Source: Candidatus Abyssobacteria bacterium SURF_5
GTDB taxonomy: Bacteria > Abyssobacteria > SURF-5
Direction: 5' to 3'
Assembly (NCBI GenBank): GCA_003598085.1
Contig: QZKU01000045.1
Location: 15,852-79,851 of the forward strand
Length of the DNA stretch: 64,000 nucleotides
Both the position numbers and the translations under genes were made by a program. Each line of letters begins with the position of its first letter. Positions within the stretch are counted from its first letter, which is position 1. Below are positions 8,972 through 16,060 of the stretch, piece by piece. Below the pieces are notes generated by a model that was given only the letters and a program-made list of their open reading frames with translations, ran no database searches and had not been told where the DNA came from.

Positions 8972-9025
8972 AATAAAAAAGAGCGCCCGACTGGACTCGA
9001 ACCAGCGACACGCGGTTTAGGAAAC
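8972..9025. repeat. 54-bp direct repeat (attL-like), the copy that lies within and next to the intact tRNA-Arg gene
   Basis: Identical to 1200..1253. Confidence 0.85.
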
Positions 9026-9055
9026 CGCTGCTCTATCCTTCTGAGCTACGGGCGC
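8982..9055 (-). tRNA. tRNA-Arg(CCU)
   Basis: Reverse complement folds as a cloverleaf. Acceptor stem GCGCCCG/CGGGCGC. D arm GCUC-AGAAGGAUA-GAGC. Anticodon stem-loop GCGGU-UUCCUAA-ACCGC (anticodon CCU). T arm GCUGG-UUCGAGU-CCAGU. 74 nt with no encoded CCA. Confidence 0.85.
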
Positions 9056-9296
9056 TTACATGTGCCGCCGAAGCGGCCGCTTTTTCCTTGAGAAAGCGCG
9101 AATCCATTGCATCCGCGCTTCCAAACTCTTCTCTATTTATACAGGAAATCCGGGCGAAAGTAAAGCCCACACGAACATTTGTACGGGAAGAAAAGGAGCA
9201 GGATTATGAGGCGGCAATTGGAAGAAATATGATAAAGACAAGAAGGTGAGAGATGCCCGGTGAGAATTGTGAACCCTTGAATCTATCAATTCTTCA

Positions 9297-9334
9297 GTCC
9301 AAAATTCAAAAACATCCCGAATCCGATCCGGGAT
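9297..9334 (-). terminator. Rho-independent terminator downstream of apt (minus strand)
   Basis: Hairpin ATCCCG-N9-CGGGAT at 9314..9334. Read on the minus strand it is followed by GTTTTTGAATTTTGG (9297..9313 on the plus strand). Confidence 0.45.
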
Positions 9335-9443
9335 TGAAGACCCTAATTCAGTTGTAGCCGTGCCGCAACGTTTAAGTCCGTGCCCGTCGGTGTGCGTCCG
9401 TGTTAGTCCATGTAGTCCATGCCAGTCCGTGATTCAACCACCT

Positions 9444-9980
9444 TCAATACTGGATCAAGGTGAAAATATCATAGCCCTGCAATTTGTCGCGGCCGTGCAG
9501 GTCGGTCAACTCGATCAGAAAATCGACTGCAACCACCTTCGCCTTGAAATTGTTCACGAGATCGATCGTGGCCGCGGCCGTTCCGCCCGTCGCGAGAAGG
9601 TCGTCCACGATAATCACGTTCTCTCCCCGCTCGATCGCGTCCTTATGAACCTCGAGATGATCCACGCCATATTCGAGCTCGTACTTAGCGCTGTAGGTTT
9701 CGGCCGGCAGCTTCCCCTTCTTTCGAACCGGCACAAACCCCGCCCCGAGCAGATACGCCAGCGGCGCTCCAAGGATGAATCCGCGCGACTCCATGCCGAC
9801 CACCTTGCCGATGTCTTTCCCTTTATGCCGGGCGGCAAGCGTATCAATCGCCTCGGCGAAGGCGGCCTTGTCTTTCAAGAGAGTGGTTATATCGCGAAAC
9901 AGGATGCCCTTCTTCGGGAAATCGGGAATGCTGCGGATCGCCTCTCTCAGTCGTGCGTTCATCGTTCCTCCCGTTCTCAT
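9444..9980 (-). CDS. apt: Adenine phosphoribosyltransferase
   Basis: PRPP-binding motif [16 protein letters not shown] and an APRT-like length. ATG overlaps the upstream sigma gene stop (ATGA). Confidence 0.9.
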   Translation of the reverse strand: MRTGGTMNARLREAIRSIPDFPKKGILFRDITTLLKDKAAFAEAIDTLAARHKGKDIGKVVGMESRGFILGAPLAYLLGAGFVPVRKKGKLPAETYSAKYELEYGVDHLEVHKDAIERGENVIIVDDLLATGGTAAATIDLVNNFKAKVVAVDFLIELTDLHGRDKLQGYDIFTLIQY

Positions 9981-10873
9981 AGCTCCTCGAAATCGATGTT
10001 GTTCGCTGCGATGTATTTCCTCAATTTCTTGATCGCCTTCGCCTCGATCTGCCGGATGCGCTCGCGGGTGAGGCTGAAGCGATCGCCCGTTTCCTTTAAT
10101 GTATGCGGGTCGCCGTCGGTCAGGCCATACCGGAACTGCAGGATGTCCGCCTCGCGCTGCGTCAATTGATCCAGCATCTGCATCAGTTTCTGGTCCCGGA
10201 AAACCTTGGCGACGATATCGACCGGATCAATCGAGTGAGTATCCTCAATCAATTCGCCCAACTCGATGCCTTCCTCCTCGCCGACTATCGTTTCGAGAGA
10301 CGCGATCTTCTGCGAGTACCTGTGCAATTCCGCCACCACTTCCGGTGTCACCTCGAGCTCGATCGCTATCTCCTCGACCGTCGGCTTGCGCCCCCATTGC
10401 TTATACAGGCGCTGCGTCGCCTGCTTATATTTGATGACCTGCTCGGTCATGTACACCGGAATCCGAATCGTCCGCCCATAATTCGCGAGAAAGCGGGAGA
10501 TCGCCTGCCGAATCCACCACGTGGCGTACGTGCTGAACTTGTATCCCTTGGAATAATCATATTTATCCACAGCTTTGATAAGACCAAGATTGCCTTCCTC
10601 GATCAGGTCCAGCAGCGGGAGCCCATAATGAAGATATTTGTTGGCAACGCTCACCACCAGCCGCAGGTTGGATGTGATAAGACGCTTCCGCGCCTCCTGA
10701 TCCCCCTTCTCCATCCGCTTGGCCAGATCGATCTCCTCCTCGTATGAGAGGAGATTCTGCCGGGAGATCTCCTTGAGGTACGCGCTCAGATTCTCGTTGT
10801 AGTGCCGAAAACCTGAACCCTTTCGCTCGGGAGCGGACTCGGGAGCGTCGTCTTCGTATTCAATTTGATCCAT
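9977..10873 (-). CDS. RNA polymerase sigma factor, sigma-70 family, group-2-like (298 aa)
   Basis: Regions 2 to 4 present: [35 protein letters not shown], and a C-terminal region-4 helix-turn-helix [18 protein letters not shown]. Shorter than the primary RpoD at 27319..29073. Confidence 0.85.
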   Translation of the reverse strand: MDQIEYEDDAPESAPERKGSGFRHYNENLSAYLKEISRQNLLSYEEEIDLAKRMEKGDQEARKRLITSNLRLVVSVANKYLHYGLPLLDLIEEGNLGLIKAVDKYDYSKGYKFSTYATWWIRQAISRFLANYGRTIRIPVYMTEQVIKYKQATQRLYKQWGRKPTVEEIAIELEVTPEVVAELHRYSQKIASLETIVGEEEGIELGELIEDTHSIDPVDIVAKVFRDQKLMQMLDQLTQREADILQFRYGLTDGDPHTLKETGDRFSLTRERIRQIEAKAIKKLRKYIAANNIDFEEL

Positions 10874-10882
10874 AACAACTTC

Positions 10883-11773
10883 TTAGCGGAAAAGGTACTG
10901 TACCGGAGGGCGCATCCCCTGCGATGCCGGAAGGTACAGTTGCAGCATGTTCTCGACAAATTCCCCGAATGGAAATCGTCTTTTGTGCTTCCGTATGATT
11001 TGAGGCTCGCCCTCGATGCCGGCGAGAGAGGCCGCCCGCATGACCGCATCGTACTGCGTGCCCAACGCATCGACAAATCCGTATTCCAGGGCCTGCCGCC
11101 CGCTGAATACCCGGCCGTCCGCATACTGTCTCACCTGTTCAACCGGCATATTGCGCCCTTCGGCCACAGCCTCCACAAACTGGTCGTAGACATCCATCAG
11201 CATCTTCTGAATCAGATCCTCTTCTTCGGGAGTCATCGACCTGAACACTGAGCCGGTGTCTTTGAATTGTCCCGTCTTTATGATGTCAAACTTTATGCCG
11301 ATCTTTTCCATCAGCCCCTGAATATTCGGGAATTCGGCAATCACCCCAATGCTGCCGGTGATCGTACCGGGATTCGCGTATATCTCATCGGCCGCGCATG
11401 CGATGTAATACCCGCCCGACGCCGCAACCGAGCCCATCGATACAACTACTTTCTTCCCCTGAGCCTTCGCCCGCTTCAGTCCCTCGTAAATCTCCTGAGA
11501 CGGCGCCACGGCTCCACCCGGACTGTTTACCCGCACAACAATCGCTTTCGCGGCCGGATTCTCAATATATTCCTTCAGTTGTGTCAGCGTCTCTTCCCCG
11601 TCGAAGATCGGACCTTCCACCTCGAGCAGAGCCACGCTCTCGCCGGCTCCTCCAAATCGCCAAGCTCCGCCGTCGCCATACGAGACGAAAATCAGGATGG
11701 CCAGCAGCCCCATCCCGAAAATGAAACTCACGAGCACGCCGATCAGCACGCTCGTCCGACAGCCCTTATTCAT
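10883..11773 (-). CDS. sppA: Signal peptide peptidase SppA (peptidase S49, 36K type)
   Basis: Motif GSVAASGGYYIACAADEIYANPGTITGSIGV. N-terminal transmembrane helix. Start chosen at the internal ATG (11771..11773), which is preceded by AAGGAGAG. The longer ORF reaches 11899. Confidence 0.8.
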   Translation of the reverse strand: MNKGCRTSVLIGVLVSFIFGMGLLAILIFVSYGDGGAWRFGGAGESVALLEVEGPIFDGEETLTQLKEYIENPAAKAIVVRVNSPGGAVAPSQEIYEGLKRAKAQGKKVVVSMGSVAASGGYYIACAADEIYANPGTITGSIGVIAEFPNIQGLMEKIGIKFDIIKTGQFKDTGSVFRSMTPEEEDLIQKMLMDVYDQFVEAVAEGRNMPVEQVRQYADGRVFSGRQALEYGFVDALGTQYDAVMRAASLAGIEGEPQIIRKHKRRFPFGEFVENMLQLYLPASQGMRPPVQYLFR

Positions 11774-11936
11774 GAACTTTCTCTCCTTGCGTAGTCCCCG
11801 ATGAGTTTCCGTGAGAAACCGGGCCGAATGAGGTACCGCAGGTGAAAATACTCTTCCGACAACGAATGGTATTATAACAACAGCGGAAACCCTTTGCAAA
11901 CCCTCTGTTGTTCCATCTCCGCATTTCCTCGAATCT

Positions 11937-14348
11937 TCAAAAAGCCGTTCTTCTACATGCGCTCACCCGCAAAGAATCGTTTAGTATCTCGATCACCACC
12001 GCCCCGTCCCGCTCCGTCGCGAGCACGCGCCCGCTATACGGAGCATATCGAATGATCCTTCTCTGTATGCTGTCGTTCACACGAAATGCCCTGCCCGAAA
12101 TTATCGCCAGCTCCGGTTCCACCTGTTGCATGAAAGGCCTGCTGAAGCTGCTTGCGAGCCCGTGGTGAGGAACTTTTAAAATCGTGCTCCGCAGCGTCTT
12201 CCCGCAATTTTGCATGTCACGAAGAGACCCCTCTTCTGCATCTCCCGCCAACAGAAAAGAAAAGTCGCCGCAGCTTATTCTCATGACAAGCGAAATCTCA
12301 TTGGTCGAATAGCGCTTCTGAGAAACCGACTTCGAGGGGTTGAGAACCTCCGCCCGCGTCACCGAATCCACCTCGAACACATCGCCCGCAGCCGCATACT
12401 CTATACGTATGCCCCGCTCTCTCGCGCGCTCCACGATCTCCAGAAATGCCGGCGGCCACTGAGCGATATCAGGCAATAGCAACTTTCCCACTTTGAAATG
12501 CTCCAGAATGAAGCCGGCGCCGCCGTAATGATCCGCATCGGGATGTGTAAGCACAAGCGTATCGATTTTCCTGATATTCTTTCTCCAGAGGAACGGCGCG
12601 ATCAACTGCTCGCCGCAATCAAGAGACGGCGTCGAAAAACCGCAATCCACCAGCATCGTTTTCCTCTCGGGCGATTCGATGAAGCATGAATCCGCCTCGC
12701 CCACATCAAAAACCGTCATTCGGAAAACTCCGTCCGAAAGCAGCCTGCCGCTGGAGGCGCTCATTATCCCCACAGCGGCGCAACAGCCAAATACGACAAG
12801 CTTTCTCCTCCATCCGGTCCTCCACCACGCAATCAGGATGCCGAGCATCGTCAAAACCAACACCCAGTAAGGAGGCGACCCAATACGAGCGAAACTGAAA
12901 GGTAAGCCTGAAAAGAACCTTACAATCCCGAACATTATCTGTGATATGATTTCTGCGCCAAATCCGGGTACCGCGGCGGCTTGAATCGATATCGATCCGA
13001 CTGCAAGCGTGGCGAACCCGAATGCCAGCAGAAAAGAAAGAAGCGGAACCACGAGCAGGTTTGCAAATGGGAACACAAGTGATACCTGGTTGAAATGATA
13101 CGCCACAATCGGCGTGAGACCGATCCCAACAATAACCGACGCATACAACGTGACAACGAGCTTGTGCAGAATCGGCGATAACGCCCAGGGAAACCGTTCC
13201 TGTAACGCCGGATAAAGCCTTCCGCTGAAGAGCGGCTCGGAAACGCACAGCAGGATGACAGCCGTGAAGGATAGTTGAGAACTGACATCATCGATCGATA
13301 GGGGATCCATAAGGAACAGAACAAAGGCCGCCGCCGCCACCGCTGTGAGAAAATCGCCCTCCCGGTCCAGCAAATAGCCCGCAAGCACGAGCGTGAGCAT
13401 GAGCGACGCCCGCATCACCGGCACACCCGCTCCCGTTATCAGTGCATATGACCAGACAATCAACAGCGCAAGCGCCGTCCGCCATTTTCGATCGAATCGA
13501 AGACTTGTCAGTCCCACCGACACAAGAAGATATACCAGTCCCACATGGAGTCCGGAAATCGCCAAAATATGAAATGTCCCGGTCTGCTTGAACCAATCCT
13601 TCATCTCGTCCGTCAAGAGATCACGATCCCCGAGCAGAATCGCAGAAAGAAAAGCTGTCGTTTCCTTCGTCCAAACGGAATCCGAAAGTATGACCGACGC
13701 CTGCCGGCGCAGGAAATACCTCCAACCCGCGGGAGAAGACAGATCAATCCGCTCAACCAGAGAAACCGCGTCCGGCCCTCTCGCTGACATTCTGGTATAT
13801 ATCCCGCGGCGATGCATGTAGCGCTCATAATCGAAAACCCCGGGATTCTTGAACCCCTTAAGCAATCTTAACTTGCCGAAAACCTCCACCTGATCGCCTT
13901 CTAATACTCCCTCCCCGCCTTCATACCAGTTCACCATCGTGCGACCATTAATCGAAACCCACGAGGGATTATCATCACACCTGCTCGCAGCATCCACATC
14001 AAGGAGAAGACTAGTCCGCTCGCCTTCTCCTCTTGAACGGCTGTATTCGACTATTCTCCCCTTCAACCGCATTGCTGCCGGTCGATCAAATCCGAATTGC
14101 AGGGCCAGCGGGTCAAGCGCCTGTACTTCAAATGATTTCTTTTGGTAAAGGGCCGCGCCTAAAAGAAAACAACATACAAGAACGAGGAATACCGCCGGTA
14201 TGCGTTTTCCGCAAAGAATAAATATCAGTCCGCTAATCCACAGGGCAAGAAAAACGAAAGGAAGGAACATGATCGGAAGCGGTAGGAGTGAGGCAAGACC
14301 GGCTCCGCCGATCAGGGATGCTGTCGTCCATACAAGAGGTCTTTGCAC
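11937..14348 (-). CDS. comEC: DNA internalisation competence protein ComEC/Rec2 with a C-terminal metallo-beta-lactamase domain
   Basis: Polytopic membrane N-terminus (competence domain). C-terminal motif LVLTHPDADHYGG of the MBL fold. 803 aa. Confidence 0.8.
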   Translation of the reverse strand: MQRPLVWTTASLIGGAGLASLLPLPIMFLPFVFLALWISGLIFILCGKRIPAVFLVLVCCFLLGAALYQKKSFEVQALDPLALQFGFDRPAAMRLKGRIVEYSRSRGEGERTSLLLDVDAASRCDDNPSWVSINGRTMVNWYEGGEGVLEGDQVEVFGKLRLLKGFKNPGVFDYERYMHRRGIYTRMSARGPDAVSLVERIDLSSPAGWRYFLRRQASVILSDSVWTKETTAFLSAILLGDRDLLTDEMKDWFKQTGTFHILAISGLHVGLVYLLVSVGLTSLRFDRKWRTALALLIVWSYALITGAGVPVMRASLMLTLVLAGYLLDREGDFLTAVAAAAFVLFLMDPLSIDDVSSQLSFTAVILLCVSEPLFSGRLYPALQERFPWALSPILHKLVVTLYASVIVGIGLTPIVAYHFNQVSLVFPFANLLVVPLLSFLLAFGFATLAVGSISIQAAAVPGFGAEIISQIMFGIVRFFSGLPFSFARIGSPPYWVLVLTMLGILIAWWRTGWRRKLVVFGCCAAVGIMSASSGRLLSDGVFRMTVFDVGEADSCFIESPERKTMLVDCGFSTPSLDCGEQLIAPFLWRKNIRKIDTLVLTHPDADHYGGAGFILEHFKVGKLLLPDIAQWPPAFLEIVERARERGIRIEYAAAGDVFEVDSVTRAEVLNPSKSVSQKRYSTNEISLVMRISCGDFSFLLAGDAEEGSLRDMQNCGKTLRSTILKVPHHGLASSFSRPFMQQVEPELAIISGRAFRVNDSIQRRIIRYAPYSGRVLATERDGAVVIEILNDSLRVSACRRTAF

Positions 14349-14358
14349 GGGGCCGAAA

Positions 14359-14730
14359 TCAGGCGCCCAGGTATCGATCCACCAGCGCCTTCACGTCGTC
14401 CATACTCAGTGGCTTTATGAGATAATCAGTCGCTCCTGCTGCCATTGCCTTCTGTATATGCTTGTCGGAACCGACAGCCGAAACAAAGATGACCGGCGTC
14501 AATGAAGTTTCCCCGCGCGAGCGCAACGACTTGCAGATCTCATATCCATCCATATCCGGCAACATGACATCAAGCAGTATCAAATCCGGCTTATGGTCCT
14601 TCGCCCTCGCAAGCGCCACTTTCCCCGTCAACGCGGTAAATACTTCCAACCCCAGTTTCGCCAGGGTCACCTGAAGGAATTCCCGGAAAGAAGCCTGATC
14701 CTCGACCACCAGCACTTTCTTCTGCGGCAT
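14359..14730 (-). CDS. Single-domain response regulator (CheY-like receiver)
   Basis: KVLVVEDQ...LILLDVMLPDMDGYE receiver signature. Start placed at the internal ATG (14728..14730) with a GGAGG ribosome-binding site. The ORF track extends to 14826. Confidence 0.75.
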   Translation of the reverse strand: MPQKKVLVVEDQASFREFLQVTLAKLGLEVFTALTGKVALARAKDHKPDLILLDVMLPDMDGYEICKSLRSRGETSLTPVIFVSAVGSDKHIQKAMAAGATDYLIKPLSMDDVKALVDRYLGA

Positions 14731-15094
14731 ATCAAACCTCCACCCAACGCCCTCATGGCTAAGCGCGTCGGGCATATGCTTCGTAGACGGCACTAGATTT
14801 GTATCACATGGCCGCCCTATTTTCAAGAAAAAAGCCCTTATTGAAAAAACCCACTATACAAACGCATGAACTTCTTTTGGTCGTTTTATTACAAATCTGT
14901 CATTGTCGCTCCGGCAGAAATTTTCCTCGACACCACGCTCTACTCGCTTCTTCAGCATTTGAATTTCTAACCCTTCAAAACCTCTTTCTCTGTCGTGATC
15001 TGCAAAATATTGTATTCTAAGCTCTATCGTTCCAAGGCCTTATGAATCATTCGACCTGTAATCCAAAATCCAAAATCTAAAATCCAAAATCTCG

Positions 15095-16060
15095 CTACAT
15101 CTTCATTCGCGGGTCCAGATAATCCCTCAGCGAGTCCCCGAGCAGGTTCATCGCCATGATAGTAAGAGCAAGCGCGATGCCAGGGAAAACGCTGATCCAG
15201 GGAGCCACGTGCAAAAAATTCCGGCCATTACTGATCATCGCGCCCCACGACGCTGCCGGAGGTTGAACGCCCAGGCCCAGAAAGCTTAAAGCGGCCTCTC
15301 CAAGCATGAACCCGCCCAGCCGGAGGCTTACGGCAACGATCAACAGCGGGATGCAGTTGGGCAGCGCGTGCCCCAGGATCAAACGAGGCCCGGAACATCC
15401 CGTCGCCAGCGCCGCTACATAAAATTCACTCTGTTTAATGGATAAGAAAATGCTTCGGCTCAATCGCGCAAACGTGGGCCAGCCTACGAGCGAGAGAGCA
15501 ACGAACACCGAAACCATTCCGGGGGGAATAATGACGCTTATTGCGATCGCAAGCAGAAGGCTCGGAAAGGCAAGCGCAATATCAATTATACTTACCGCGA
15601 AAGAATCTACCGGCCCTCCCGCAAATCCCGCAATCAGCCCGATGACCGATCCCAGCAACAGCGAAATGATTGCTGCTGCGACGGCGATTCCGAGGGAAAT
15701 ACGGGCGCCCGTGAGCGTGCGCGCCAGGATGTCGCGCCCCTGATTGTCCGTCCCGAGCGGATGTGACATCGAGGGCGACTGCAGCGCTTCATCCAGATCT
15801 ATATCGTTCGGTTGATATCTCCAGACAAGCGGCCCGATTATCGCCGCCGTCACAATAACAACCAAAAGAATTCCCGCAATCGCGGCAAATTTGTCGCGCC
15901 GGAAAAACGCGCGAACAGATCTGATAAGTGACGATCTCTCTGAAGGCATTATCAGGACGTTCTGCACGTCTGTTGCCCCTTTCTGAAAGATTGTATTATT
16001 CCATCCAAAACTTTCGTCATTTTTCCTTCTGCAGCTCAATCCGCGGATCGATTGCCGCAT
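15095..16060 (-). CDS. ABC transporter permease, DppC/OppC type
   Basis: Six-transmembrane permease with an N-terminal extension and a binding-protein-dependent transport signature. Overlaps the upstream fused gene by a few codons. Confidence 0.8.
   Translation of the reverse strand: MRQSIRGLSCRRKNDESFGWNNTIFQKGATDVQNVLIMPSERSSLIRSVRAFFRRDKFAAIAGILLVVIVTAAIIGPLVWRYQPNDIDLDEALQSPSMSHPLGTDNQGRDILARTLTGARISLGIAVAAAIISLLLGSVIGLIAGFAGGPVDSFAVSIIDIALAFPSLLLAIAISVIIPPGMVSVFVALSLVGWPTFARLSRSIFLSIKQSEFYVAALATGCSGPRLILGHALPNCIPLLIVAVSLRLGGFMLGEAALSFLGLGVQPPAASWGAMISNGRNFLHVAPWISVFPGIALALTIMAMNLLGDSLRDYLDPRMKM

Larger units (their letters stand above)
1200..9025. mobile_element. tRNA-Arg-associated genomic island (~7.8 kb) with defence-like cargo and no detectable integrase
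   Basis: Bounded by the 54-bp direct repeat of the tRNA 3' end. Interior is visibly more A+T-rich than the flanking chromosome. Cargo is a HEPN-motif protein, a TIR-like protein, an unknown protein and an AAA ATPase plus S8 protease pair. No tyrosine or serine recombinase ORF in any frame. Confidence 0.6.

Noticed and set aside
9360-10169. 269-aa plus-strand ORF
   Set aside because: Antisense to apt and the sigma gene 3' end. Cys/Arg-rich composition. Spurious.
10103-10747. 214-aa plus-strand ORF, with the neighbouring 10099..10434 ORF
   Set aside because: Antisense to the sigma-factor gene. No support for coding.
15061-15091. Possible CRISPR-like array (GATTTTG repeats)
   Set aside because: Units are only 7 nt, strictly tandem with no spacers, and no cas genes nearby. 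Treated as a T-rich 3' element instead.
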